From NCBI GenBank assembly GCA_964487645.1, contig CAZARW010000002.1:30042-94041 (forward strand): DNA of 64,000 nucleotides, given 5' to 3'. How positions within the stretch are numbered: the first letter of the stretch is position 1; the number at the start of each line of letters is the position of its first letter. Of the stretch, positions 20,496 through 30,370 are shown piece after piece. Source of the DNA: an uncultured Prolixibacteraceae bacterium (GTDB taxonomy: Bacteria; Bacteroidota; Bacteroidia; Bacteroidales; Prolixibacteraceae). The notes below the pieces were generated by a model, which made no database searches, was not told where the DNA came from, and worked only from the letters and a program-made list of their open reading frames with translations. The translations under genes were made by a program, and so were the position numbers.

Positions 20496-21425
20496 TTAGT
20501 TTATATGCCCTATGTTTTGTTGCAATTTTTTGAATCCTGTGCGTTTTACAGTTGAATTTTTGAAGAGAGCATTAAACTCAGACTTACTCAGATTTTTCCA
20601 TTGGGAGGGCAGCATACGCAATAGTTTGTTATTTGGGGCAAGTTCATCAATGTTGTGTTCCTGAATTTTTTTGTTCCAGGGACAAACATCCTGGCAAATA
20701 TCGCAACCAAAAACCCATTTGTTGAGTTTTTTTGTGTATTGGTGAGGTATATCCGATTTTAATTCGATGGTTAAATACGAAATGCATTTACGTGCATCAA
20801 TTGTATGTGGCGAAATAATGGCATTTGTAGGGCAGGCATCAATACATTTTGTACATGTGCCACAATATTGCTTTGTGTAAGGTTTGTCGTATTCAAACTC
20901 GAGTGTGGTAATAATTTCGCCAATAAAAACAAAGGAGCCATACTTTTTATTTATCAGTAAGCCATTTTTCCCAATCCATCCCAGCCCCGCTTCAACAGCC
21001 CAGGCTCTTTCGAGCACCGGTGCCGAATCGGTAAAGATTCGTCCCTGCATGGGCGAAATTTCATTTTCGATATAGCGGTACAATTGTCTGAGTTTATCTT
21101 TTACAATAAAATGATAATCGTCTCCATAGGCATATTTCGAAATCATTGGAACTTCGGTATTGATTTGTTTTTTTTTTGTATAATAATTCAGTAAAACCAC
21201 AATAACTGATTTTGCATTGTCGACAAGTAAGCTTGGGTCGAGTCGTTTTTCGAAATGGTTTTCCATGTAGACCATTTGCCCATGATAATTATTTTGCAAA
21301 TAGCTTTTTAGTCGTGGCTCTTCGTTAAAAAGTTTTTTTGCCGGGGCAATTCCGCAATCGGCAAAACCCAGCTCTTTTGCTTTTTGTTTTATTTGTTGTG
21401 TGTATATATGCTTTGTATTTTGCAT
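20496..21425 (-). CDS. queG: Epoxyqueuosine reductase
   Basis: SKYAYGDDYH, DSAPVLER, GWIGKN, CGTCTKCIDACPT, CISYLTIE, GCDICQDVCPWN. Confidence 0.96.
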   Translation of the reverse strand: MQNTKHIYTQQIKQKAKELGFADCGIAPAKKLFNEEPRLKSYLQNNYHGQMVYMENHFEKRLDPSLLVDNAKSVIVVLLNYYTKKKQINTEVPMISKYAYGDDYHFIVKDKLRQLYRYIENEISPMQGRIFTDSAPVLERAWAVEAGLGWIGKNGLLINKKYGSFVFIGEIITTLEFEYDKPYTKQYCGTCTKCIDACPTNAIISPHTIDARKCISYLTIELKSDIPHQYTKKLNKWVFGCDICQDVCPWNKKIQEHNIDELAPNNKLLRMLPSQWKNLSKSEFNALFKNSTVKRTGFKKLQQNIGHIN

Positions 21426-21662
21426 AGTGTAAATATATAAAAAGTTGTTTCGTACGCTGAGTTTTTCAGGTGCTTTAATATAGCGATTTTGTTAAAAACG
21501 ATGTGCAATAACTTTGTGTATTGACTACAAAAAGATTTATAAAAAAACATTACAAAAAAAACATTGCTTTATTTGGTAATTGAATAGTTGCATCAAAAAA
21601 CGGTATTTTATCGGTACGATTCATTACTTTTGTCGGTAACACAAACAGAATTAACAAAAATT

Positions 21663-22652
21663 ATGGCATCAAAAAAGAAAATTATAGGGATAGGAAATGC
21701 GTTGATGGATGTTGTTGTAAAACTTACCTCTAACGAAGTTTTGACCCAAAATAATCTGCCCAAAGGAAGTATGACATTGGTAGATCTTGAAACATCGGGA
21801 AAGATTAATGAAGCAACAAAAAACTATGAACGGATATATGCCCCGGGAGGTTCGGCGGCTAATACAATTCACGGCCTTGCAAACCTTGGTGTTGAATCGG
21901 CTTTTTTAGGAAAAGTAGGAAACGACCAACTGGGAAATAAATATAAAAGTGAACTTGAAAAAATTGGAGCTTTACCTCGTCTTTTTCAGAGCAATACACC
22001 TACCGGTGTTGCAATGGCTATGGTAACTCCCGATTCGGAACGAACTTTTGCAACATATTTGGGAGCAGCCATTGAGCTTGTTGCCGATGAAATTACAATT
22101 GATCTTTTTCGCGATTATGATATTGCATATGTTGAGGGGTATTTGGTGCAAAACCATGCTTTAGTGCGTAAGGTGCTCGAAATGACCCGAAAAGCAGGTT
22201 TGATTATTGCGCTCGATTTGGCTAGCTATAATGTGGTTGAAGACAATATCGATTTTTTAAACGAAATAATTGAGCCCTATGTTGATGTAATTTTTGCAAA
22301 CGAAGACGAGGCAAAAGCATTTACAGGTTTTGAGCCTGAAGCAGCAGCAAGGCAACTGGCAAAAATTTGTGATATTGCCGTGGTAAAAACCGGTAAAAAC
22401 GGTTCAATTATTCAGCATAATGTTTCTTCAAGGCTGATTGATATTTTTGGAAATATTTGTGTTGACACAACAGGTGCCGGCGATTTATATGCTGCCGGGT
22501 TTTTATATGGTTTTTCAAATAACTATTCTTTAACTGTTTGTGGGCAAATTGCTTCGATAGTTGCCGGCCATGTGGTGAGTATTTATGGTGCACGCATGGA
22601 CACTAAAATGTGGAATATAATAAAATCAGAAATTGCTGAAGTTATTGAATAA
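21663..22652 (+). CDS. PfkB-family carbohydrate kinase, adenosine-kinase-like
   Basis: GIGNALMD, GGSAANT, ERTFATYLGA, FANEDEA, DTTGAGDLYAAGF. ATG 21663 preferred because a TACTTTTG promoter box sits at 21625-21632. Confidence 0.9.
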   Translation: MASKKKIIGIGNALMDVVVKLTSNEVLTQNNLPKGSMTLVDLETSGKINEATKNYERIYAPGGSAANTIHGLANLGVESAFLGKVGNDQLGNKYKSELEKIGALPRLFQSNTPTGVAMAMVTPDSERTFATYLGAAIELVADEITIDLFRDYDIAYVEGYLVQNHALVRKVLEMTRKAGLIIALDLASYNVVEDNIDFLNEIIEPYVDVIFANEDEAKAFTGFEPEAAARQLAKICDIAVVKTGKNGSIIQHNVSSRLIDIFGNICVDTTGAGDLYAAGFLYGFSNNYSLTVCGQIASIVAGHVVSIYGARMDTKMWNIIKSEIAEVIE

Positions 22653-22686
22653 AAAAACCCCGCCAGGGTGGAACCTGCGGGGTTGG
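22651..22686 (-). terminator. Intrinsic terminator oriented on the minus strand
   Basis: Minus strand reads AACCCCGCAGG-ttccac-CCTGGCGGGGTTTTTTT: a GC stem with a U7 tail. The plus-strand side has only a TT tail. Confidence 0.8.
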
Positions 22687-22740
22687 AATAATTAAAAAAG
22701 GAGGGAAAAAAATAAAAATAATAAGGGTGTAAATTGAAAT
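22651..22740 (-). ncRNA. Candidate small RNA (~90 nt)
   Basis: Minus-strand TAAGTTTG promoter box at 22746-22753 and a minus-strand terminator ~65-100 nt downstream, with no credible ORF between them. Confidence 0.45.
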
Positions 22741-22854
22741 TATTACAAACTTACATACTTTATTCCAGATTTTATAATCTATAAACAAAAAAATATGCAT
22801 ATGACAATCTGTTTGACTCTCAAATTTGTTAATTTTTGCAAAATATAATAGGCT

Positions 22855-23715
22855 ATGACTGAAAATACTTTTCATATCGATGTAAAAAAAATGGATGCTG
22901 CGTTAATCAAAATTAAAGAGCAAGCCAAAACAATAAATAATACAGTTGCTCATAAAAAGCTGGCTTTTTCGTGTATCGATTTAACAACACTTAACTCAAC
23001 CGATACCCAAACCAAGGTTGCAGAATTTACATCGAAAGTGAACAGTTTTACGGCCGATTACCCCGATATGCCCAATGTTGCTGCAATATGTGTTTATCCG
23101 AATATGGTTTCGGTTGTTGAGCAAACTCTCGAAATTCCCGAAGTAAATATTGCATCGGTTTCAGGAGGTTTTCCTTCATCGATGACCTTTACACCGGTAA
23201 AGGTAAAGGAAACCGAAATAGCGTTGCATAATGGTGCCGACGAAATTGATATTGTTTTGGCACTAAGTTTTTTTCTTGATAGTGAATATCAGCAGGCACA
23301 CGATGACATTGCGGCAATAAAGGCTGCTATGGACAAAGCTCATCTGAAAGTGATACTTGAAACCGGCGCACTCGAAACTCCCGAGCAAATATGGCAGGCA
23401 TCGGTATTGGCAATAAATGCCGGAGCCGATTTTATTAAAACGTCTACCGGAAAAATAAGCCCTGCCGCAACTCCCGAGGCTGCTTTTATTATGTGTAGTG
23501 CTATTGCCTGGCATTACGAGCAAACCGGGCAAAAAATAGGTTTTAAACCGGCCGGTGGAATTTCTACTTCCGAAGATGCTCTTGTGTATCTGTCAATTGT
23601 AAAAGAAATTTTAGGCGACGAATGGCTTAATCCTTCATTATTTCGCCTGGGAGCCAGTCGTTTGGCAAACAACTTGCTTAGCGACATATACAAAAAAACA
23701 GTGCAGTACTTTTAA
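22855..23715 (+). CDS. deoC: Deoxyribose-phosphate aldolase
   Basis: IDLTTL, AAICVYP, GFPS, GADEIDIV, LKVILETG, GADFIKTSTGK, GFKPAGG, RLGAS. Confidence 0.96.
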   Translation: MTENTFHIDVKKMDAALIKIKEQAKTINNTVAHKKLAFSCIDLTTLNSTDTQTKVAEFTSKVNSFTADYPDMPNVAAICVYPNMVSVVEQTLEIPEVNIASVSGGFPSSMTFTPVKVKETEIALHNGADEIDIVLALSFFLDSEYQQAHDDIAAIKAAMDKAHLKVILETGALETPEQIWQASVLAINAGADFIKTSTGKISPAATPEAAFIMCSAIAWHYEQTGQKIGFKPAGGISTSEDALVYLSIVKEILGDEWLNPSLFRLGASRLANNLLSDIYKKTVQYF

Positions 23716-23740
23716 TTTTTAGTGCGCGACTCAGTACTTT

Positions 23741-24697
23741 ATGCTTTGTGTATATTCAAAATCCAACAACGCCCATTTTAATTTGGCTGCCGAAGAGTAT
23801 TTGTTTCGCAATTATTCCGACGATATTTTTTTTGTTTATATCAATGAGCCTGCTGTTGTTGTTGGTAAACATCAAAATGCTTTTGCCGAAATAAATCATG
23901 CTTTTGTGCGGCAAAACAAAATACCTGTTTTGCGCCGTTTGTCGGGTGGTGGTGCAGTTTTTCACGATTTGGGTAATGTAAATTTCTCATTTCATCAATC
24001 AGTCCCCGATATAGCAAAAGTACGGTTTAGTAATTACACAAAACCTGTTGTGCACATGTTGCAGCAAATGGGTATTGAGGCAAGGTTGAGCGACCGAAAC
24101 GATATTTTTATTGATCAGTTTAAAATATCGGGGCATGCACAACATGTGTTAAGGAAACGGGTTTTGAGCCATGGTACTTTATTGTTTTGTGCTAATAAAC
24201 AACAACTTTCGCAAGCTCTTACCCGGCAACAGGGCGAGTATACGGGTAAGGCGGTTCACTCGGTGCGCAGCAAAATTGCCAACATTGTTGATTTTATCCC
24301 CCAAAAAATTGATGTTTCGGATTTTGCACAAAATCTGTTCGATTACATTATGCATATTTATAGCGGGAGTAGCGAATATTTTTTCTCCGAAAAAGATCTT
24401 GATTCGATCAATTATTTAGTGCAAACAAAGTATAGTACCCCGATGTGGAATTTTGCATATTCGCCTGCATATACTTTTCAGAATTCAATTTCTGATTTCG
24501 AGATTCAAATTTCGGTTAACAAGGGAATAATGCAAAAGGTGCAATTTCGCTCAAAAATATGGCAAAAAAATATGCAGCAAGCTGTCGAAAATGAATTAAC
24601 AGGCTTGCCGCACAGTTTTGATGAGGTTTATAAAAAAATATATTTAATCGTGTCCGATAAAGGCATATCGGATTATTTAGCCGGGCTGTTTTTTTAA
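23741..24697 (+). CDS. lplA: Lipoate-protein ligase A
   Basis: NLAAEEY, VGKHQN, RRLSGGGAVFHDLGNVN, RNDI…KISG.AQ, HGTLL, SVRS. Confidence 0.92.
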   Translation: MLCVYSKSNNAHFNLAAEEYLFRNYSDDIFFVYINEPAVVVGKHQNAFAEINHAFVRQNKIPVLRRLSGGGAVFHDLGNVNFSFHQSVPDIAKVRFSNYTKPVVHMLQQMGIEARLSDRNDIFIDQFKISGHAQHVLRKRVLSHGTLLFCANKQQLSQALTRQQGEYTGKAVHSVRSKIANIVDFIPQKIDVSDFAQNLFDYIMHIYSGSSEYFFSEKDLDSINYLVQTKYSTPMWNFAYSPAYTFQNSISDFEIQISVNKGIMQKVQFRSKIWQKNMQQAVENELTGLPHSFDEVYKKIYLIVSDKGISDYLAGLFF

Positions 24698-27219
24698 TTT
24701 TTGTTTATTGTCGAAAAACTTGCAGTTTCGCGGTATGTAAATCCATCGGCAGTAGTTATGTCAATAATAATATCAAACATAGCTTCAATTTCACTTTTTT
24801 GTATGTCGAATTGTAAAACTCCATTTTCACTTGTTGTTGCAAAAGGCTCCCACAGTAAGGTGTTTTGATATCTCCATTGTTTATTTTCAAAGTTGTCGGG
24901 GTCAAAAGTAGCATGGTACTCTTTTTCTTCTTGTGGTTCTTTTACAAAACTTAAAGCAGGTTTTTGGCTTCCTTTGGTTCGTATTTCAATTACACCAACG
25001 GTATTTAAACCGGTGTGGTGTTGAATATCGACCGGGTTTGTACTGATATTAATCGATACAACATCAAAAGGATTCACATTTTGCAAAGCGCTAATGTTGG
25101 TGCCCATTTTTTGGCCATCAATTACAATCAGGGCTCCTTGTTGGTATAGCAGAGAGTTTGTTGCTCCGTAAAAAACTATTTGGTTGTCTTTAATTGAATA
25201 TGGTTTAATCACTCGTATAACATCCAGTATTGATGTGCCTGATTTGAGAAGTTTTGTTGCGTTCGATTCGGGATCGGGGCGTTTTTCGCGGTTTTCCGAT
25301 CCTATTTGCTTCAATAAATTGCTGTTTTGAGCATACATTTTTTGCACTTTGTCAATTTCAAAGGGAAACTCTCGTTTCATCGATATTTTTCTCTGCAATT
25401 GTTCAATTGTTCCGTCAAAGGTGTGGTCAATCTGAACTTTGTAGTTTTGCTTTCCGTTTTGGCTAACAGCTTTTACCGACATGTTTGAATGACTGGTAAT
25501 ATTTTCGAAAACAAAATAACCGTTTTGGTTGCTTGTTGTACTGAGCAATGTTGGTTTTTCGGGGTGGTTTAACACTACTTTAGCATCGGCTATGGGGCTT
25601 CCGTCTTTGCTGTGAACTTTGCCGCTTATTGAATTTTTGTTTATCTGATTTTTGCCGTCTTGCGAAGCTATATGCGAATAATCGACATATTTGTAGTTGT
25701 TTGCAATAAGCTCAATGTTTGTAATAAACATATCGAGTACCGTTTTGGGTGGCAATGTAAGCAACGGATATTTCAGTAAATCATAATTGAGTATTTCCGA
25801 CTGATGGTTAATCATATTTGATTCGGCAACTTTTACTTCGATCTGAATCAAACCTCTTTCATCAATAATTTCTTTAAGATTACTTTCGACACTGATTTTA
25901 TTGTTGCTTTCGTTTATGTCGATTTTAATTTCGGGTTTGTCTGGGGGTTTATTGTATATCAATCTTTCCGAAACAATGGTTCCTTGCTCGTTAAGTACCA
26001 TAAAGTTTACAATTCCGTACGGGAGGTTTTGGTCCGATATTTTGAAATTGTTTTTTTCTTCGGCAGTATATTCAAAAGCCATATATATTTTACCTTCCGA
26101 AAGAGCAATTACCGAATGGTTTTGTCCCAACACATTTCCTTGATTAATAATTGTTGTTTTTAAAGCATTTTCGTCGGTTTTCATTAAGGTAAATATTGTT
26201 CCGTTTTTATGTACTTCGGGCAGATCAAATTTTTGATTTTTTCCATATTCTGATTCTATTTCCAGAGAATATTGATAATCGGCCATGGGCATTAGGCTAA
26301 TTAGTCCAACTCCTTTTTTTAGGGTTTTGGCCATTCCAACCTGGTTATCGTACTGGTCGTATATTTTCCCTTCGATATCGATTGGTTCGCCAAATGGATT
26401 GCTTGCCCGGTATACAATCCGCTGAGTATTATTTGATAAAAGTTTTCCTCCTTCGGGGAAAAAGTCTATTGTAATTTTGTCGGTTGTAGTTGGTATATGC
26501 AGAGTTTTTGATACGTTTGGCTCTGAGTTTAAAAAGAGTTTTGCGTAAATTCCTCCTCTTGTATTTTGAGGCAATTTGAGTTTTATATTGCTTATTTCGC
26601 CTACTTTAATGTTTTCGGTAATCGATTCGATTTCTTGAAAACTGTTATACAAAGCTACGGTAACTTTTTCTTTTCGCGATCCTGGAGTTATTTCTTGCAA
26701 AAGAATTTTAAAAAGAATTTCGTTATTGGGTGAGTATATTTTTTTGTCGGGTTCAATATGAATAAAATAATTGTTTTTTCGAAGTTGCGAAACATACAGC
26801 GGCTTAATGGCAGCCAGTGTGCCATCGGTTTTTTCGAGAGCATTTGGTGTGTACGCAACAATAAAAATATTTCCTTGTGGTGCCCACGATGGAATTGAAA
26901 TATGGTTTGCAACAAAACCGTTGCCTGTTATGTATTGATTATCGGCAATAATTTCGCCTGTTTCGGCCTGTAAAATTACCGTAAGGCTGGTTTCGTTTGA
27001 TCGCTTTGCGGTGAGGCAGTTAATAATATTGGCACTAAACCATACTTTTTCGCCCGGAGCATACACATCTTTGTCGGTTTTAATAATTGTTTTGTATGTT
27101 GTGTATTGTGTTGAGTATTTTTCGAGTGCAGCCGAAAATTTTTCGGGAACTGTATTTTCATTTGCCGGCATATTTATTGCCAAAATACTCGCGATAATTA
27201 TTAATGCTATTTGTTTCAT
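24694..27219 (-). CDS. Secreted protein with macroglobulin (MG2-like) repeats, carboxypeptidase-regulatory-like domain and TonB plug-like domain; no beta-barrel
   Basis: Signal peptide from ATG 27219. TDKDVYAPGEKVWF and PDKKIYSP (MG-like), FFPEGG.L, ISGKV…PIADAKVVL, plug-like LIVIDG…VNPFDVVSINI…GVIEIRTK, TLLWEP. No CGEQ thioester motif seen. Confidence 0.72.
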   Translation of the reverse strand: MKQIALIIIASILAINMPANENTVPEKFSAALEKYSTQYTTYKTIIKTDKDVYAPGEKVWFSANIINCLTAKRSNETSLTVILQAETGEIIADNQYITGNGFVANHISIPSWAPQGNIFIVAYTPNALEKTDGTLAAIKPLYVSQLRKNNYFIHIEPDKKIYSPNNEILFKILLQEITPGSRKEKVTVALYNSFQEIESITENIKVGEISNIKLKLPQNTRGGIYAKLFLNSEPNVSKTLHIPTTTDKITIDFFPEGGKLLSNNTQRIVYRASNPFGEPIDIEGKIYDQYDNQVGMAKTLKKGVGLISLMPMADYQYSLEIESEYGKNQKFDLPEVHKNGTIFTLMKTDENALKTTIINQGNVLGQNHSVIALSEGKIYMAFEYTAEEKNNFKISDQNLPYGIVNFMVLNEQGTIVSERLIYNKPPDKPEIKIDINESNNKISVESNLKEIIDERGLIQIEVKVAESNMINHQSEILNYDLLKYPLLTLPPKTVLDMFITNIELIANNYKYVDYSHIASQDGKNQINKNSISGKVHSKDGSPIADAKVVLNHPEKPTLLSTTSNQNGYFVFENITSHSNMSVKAVSQNGKQNYKVQIDHTFDGTIEQLQRKISMKREFPFEIDKVQKMYAQNSNLLKQIGSENREKRPDPESNATKLLKSGTSILDVIRVIKPYSIKDNQIVFYGATNSLLYQQGALIVIDGQKMGTNISALQNVNPFDVVSINISTNPVDIQHHTGLNTVGVIEIRTKGSQKPALSFVKEPQEEKEYHATFDPDNFENKQWRYQNTLLWEPFATTSENGVLQFDIQKSEIEAMFDIIIDITTADGFTYRETASFSTINKN

Positions 27220-27254
27220 TGTATTTGAGTTTTTAATTGTTTTCAAGTACTTTT

Positions 27255-28775
27255 TTAATTTCTGTAAGTAATAAAAAGATTTCGGTTATCGAAATTTATT
27301 AATGCATCGTTGAGTTTTTCTTCGGGTTCAATAATGTTGTAGTTCTGCCAAAATTGTTCGTCGTACGAAACAATTTTATCGGTAAAAATTTCATTCGATT
27401 TAAAGGTTTCTTTTCGTGAAAAACGTTTGATATCACCTTTTTCGATTTTTGTTGCTGCCAGTTCGGCAATGCTGTGAAAGCGTGTGCGCTCACGGTTTTT
27501 CCGATTGTTAATTTTTAGTTTGAACGAGCTGCGTGCGGCTAACAGATACCATTTTCCGTCAATTTGTTTGTATTGAACTACATATTCGAGTTGGGTTGGT
27601 ATTGCTCTGGTTTTTTTAGGTACTTTATGAATTAACGAGCTTCGTGCAGCTTTTAATCCTTGTTTGGTAAGTGCAAACTCGGCACGGGCAATTGCATACG
27701 TTTTAATATCGATATACAATTTACCTGTGTATAAAATATCGCGCAGATTTTGTACCGGTTTAAACGATAGTACGGCTGTTTGCCTATTGTCAATTGTTGT
27801 AATTTCATTAAATTCGAAACTGTATAAGCTTCTGAATTCGGGGTTTATAAAGCTCTCGGTATTTTTCACTATATCGAGTTTTGTGATATAAAAAGGACCT
27901 CCCATAAGCCGAAACCGGATATCGGTTTGTGGTTTCGTTTCGGTTCCTTTTCGTCCTTTGATATATTTCACATTGTCGGGGGCATTTGTTCGCGAGTAAG
28001 GGGCTTTCATTATTTGTATAACTGCTTCCGATATGTCGGTATATATGCTATTTTCGAGAGTTGTTTCGCGGTAAAATCCGGTAACGAGAGCATATTCGTT
28101 ATCGTAATTATCGCTTAAGGACTCGTACATTTTCATGAGCAAATTTTCAGGATTGTATCGTATTACATCAACTTGTTGCAGTTTATACGATTTTTGATAA
28201 AGCAGTACATTTAGTGCAGTATCGGGTAATTGTGCAATAGGATAATATGCAATATCGTATCCCAGGCTCGAAAAAGCCAAAGTATCAGTCCATAATTTTT
28301 TAGGAATTTTAATTGAGAAATTTCCTTCGCTATTCGACATGGTTCCCATGCTTTGGCCAACAACCGAAATGTTGCAATAGGGAATAGTTTGGCTTTGAGT
28401 TTTGTTAAAAACTGTGCCTTTAATAATTGTATAATACTGGGTAGTGTCGCTTACAGTTCGGTGTACCGGGAAAAAAATAATTTGACGATCGAATGTTTTA
28501 TAATTGAATGTTTGCCGGTTGGTTATTTGGTTAAGAATTGTATGCAAGGGTTTATTTTTTGCGTGTATTTGTACTTTCGAACTGGCTTCGATAAGAACAG
28601 GGTTGTACGAAAAATGCAAATTGTATTTAAGTGAAAGAGTGTCAAGCAAATCCGATTTTGCAATAGAGTCAGCACGAAACATAATTCTGATATCCAGAAC
28701 GTTTTGAGTGTTTTGAGCTCTTGTTAAAATCGAAAACACTAAAAAAAACAGCAATATGCCTGACTTTTTCTGCAT
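27255..28775 (-). CDS. Secreted STN + carboxypeptidase-regulatory-like domain protein
   Basis: Signal peptide. STN-like LDTLSLKYNLHFSYN…NKPLHTILNQI…QIIF. IKGTV…IPYCNI…GTMSNSEGNFSIKI…FSSLGY. C-terminal YDEQFWQNYNIIEP. Confidence 0.78.
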   Translation of the reverse strand: MQKKSGILLFFLVFSILTRAQNTQNVLDIRIMFRADSIAKSDLLDTLSLKYNLHFSYNPVLIEASSKVQIHAKNKPLHTILNQITNRQTFNYKTFDRQIIFFPVHRTVSDTTQYYTIIKGTVFNKTQSQTIPYCNISVVGQSMGTMSNSEGNFSIKIPKKLWTDTLAFSSLGYDIAYYPIAQLPDTALNVLLYQKSYKLQQVDVIRYNPENLLMKMYESLSDNYDNEYALVTGFYRETTLENSIYTDISEAVIQIMKAPYSRTNAPDNVKYIKGRKGTETKPQTDIRFRLMGGPFYITKLDIVKNTESFINPEFRSLYSFEFNEITTIDNRQTAVLSFKPVQNLRDILYTGKLYIDIKTYAIARAEFALTKQGLKAARSSLIHKVPKKTRAIPTQLEYVVQYKQIDGKWYLLAARSSFKLKINNRKNRERTRFHSIAELAATKIEKGDIKRFSRKETFKSNEIFTDKIVSYDEQFWQNYNIIEPEEKLNDALINFDNRNLFITYRN

Positions 28776-28780
28776 GGTAC

Positions 28781-30355
28781 TTATAATAACTCGTTCAGAT
28801 AAAAACTTGTTTTAATAATTTCGCCATTACGAAGCACTTTTATTCGTATTTTTTTGTTATTCCGTGTTTTCAGCATCAGGTTTATATCGTTTAATGTGAT
28901 GTTGTTATGATTCGAAAAATTGATTGATATAATCTGATCGTTTTTTTGTAATCCGGCATTCCATGCCGGCGAGTTTTCAATTACATTGTTTATTGTGTAT
29001 ACATTTAATCCGGGTACCGGGTTAATGATTTCGAGGCCACTCATGTTGTATTGAAATTTCTCGTTAATCGAGCTGTTGGGTCTTAAAATTATTCGGTTGT
29101 TGTAATAGTCAAAAGTAACTGTAAACCTGCGAAGCAGTTCTCCACCTATTGATCCGTGTCGCATTTCGGAGTTAATAATGTTGTGAATATATTCGGCTTC
29201 AGGAAACGAAGCGATGGGCTTCGAAACCGGTACTCCTCCAAGCCATAATGCGTTTATGCGTCCTTTATATCCAAACAAATCGCCATTAATACCGGAACCC
29301 AGGTAGGCATAAATATTTTTTTGAGGGATGTTTATTTTAGGAGTTGTATGTGTCGAAAGCCAAAGAGCATCGCTTGCTCCGGTATCGACCAATAAGTTTA
29401 CCGGAATTACTTCGCCGCTATCCTGTACTATTTCCGATTTAATAATTGGTTTATTATGAACATAACTAATTGGCAAAACTATGTCGTTACGGCGTGGCTT
29501 ATACTTATAGTTTTGAGGTTTTATCAGTTTAATTTCTTCACGTTTATAATCAACTTCCATTATGTAATGCCTGAAAAGGTTAAATCCAATAATACCGTGA
29601 ACCGGCATGCCCAGTATTTTCGATATTTGAAACGATTCATCGAGTACTACGTTTATTCTTTGACCTTCGACCCTAAGCCCCGGTATAGTAAGTGTGTTGT
29701 TCCCCGATTGGTATGCCTGGGTAGTTGTTTCGTTTCCCAGTCCACGCAGGTCGATTGATTTCATGTAATTGAGGTTGAGCTTTTCAACCAAAGTAAGTTC
29801 GGTGATAATGGGATCGCGCACACCGGTGTCGAGGATAAAGTTCATGGTGTCGCTACCATTTATGCTGATTGGAATAATGATTAAATTACTGATTTGTGAA
29901 AATTTAATCTTCTCCCATTTTCGTCTTTCGTTTTCAAATAAAAAACCAGACGAAGGAGTGTTGTACAGTTTCTCAAAATCAATGTGATCCCACATTGGCA
30001 CATAATCACGAACAACCAGTATGTTTTTATCAATATTAAAAATCAAAAAGTAATCGTTCATCAGGCTGTCGAGAACTTCTTTTACCGATTTGTTTATCAC
30101 ATTTAACGATACGCGTTTTCCTCGAATAAGCTTCGAATTGTATTTGTAATCGAGCCCCGATTGATCGCATATTTGTTTTATCACATCTTCCAGCTCTTCG
30201 TTTTCGGCATAAAACGTAATATTTTGATCGAGAACATTGGCTATTTTTTGCCCCGATACATTTTGTGGCAACACAGCCATCAATACAACAATGCACAGTG
30301 CAAAAATATGCACGCTGATGAATATGTTTTTGAAGTATTTGTTTGTGTTTTTCAT
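28781..30355 (-). CDS. Secreted STN + tandem retropepsin-like aspartyl protease + PDZ protein
   Basis: STN-like LEDVIKQICDQSGLDYKYNS…NKSVKEVLDSL. Two catalytic-type motifs FILDTGV and LLVDTGA, each followed by G.IG (HGIIG, HGSIG). PDZ NSPAWNAGLQKNDQIISIN. Confidence 0.85.
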   Translation of the reverse strand: MKNTNKYFKNIFISVHIFALCIVVLMAVLPQNVSGQKIANVLDQNITFYAENEELEDVIKQICDQSGLDYKYNSKLIRGKRVSLNVINKSVKEVLDSLMNDYFLIFNIDKNILVVRDYVPMWDHIDFEKLYNTPSSGFLFENERRKWEKIKFSQISNLIIIPISINGSDTMNFILDTGVRDPIITELTLVEKLNLNYMKSIDLRGLGNETTTQAYQSGNNTLTIPGLRVEGQRINVVLDESFQISKILGMPVHGIIGFNLFRHYIMEVDYKREEIKLIKPQNYKYKPRRNDIVLPISYVHNKPIIKSEIVQDSGEVIPVNLLVDTGASDALWLSTHTTPKINIPQKNIYAYLGSGINGDLFGYKGRINALWLGGVPVSKPIASFPEAEYIHNIINSEMRHGSIGGELLRRFTVTFDYYNNRIILRPNSSINEKFQYNMSGLEIINPVPGLNVYTINNVIENSPAWNAGLQKNDQIISINFSNHNNITLNDINLMLKTRNNKKIRIKVLRNGEIIKTSFYLNELL

Positions 30356-30370
30356 GACTCTTTGTTTTTG

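Noticed and set aside
22642-22875. 77-aa minus-strand ORF across the pfkB-deoC gap
   Set aside because: It overlaps both neighbours, is F/I-rich from low-complexity DNA, and reads through a terminator hairpin. An sRNA explains the region better.
2881-23715. Separation of dtd-mazG from deoC as evidence of a 19-kb genomic island
   Set aside because: The intervening DNA carries core genes (nadA, rbfA, rnpA, queG) and no integrase or flanking repeats. Ordinary rearrangement suffices.
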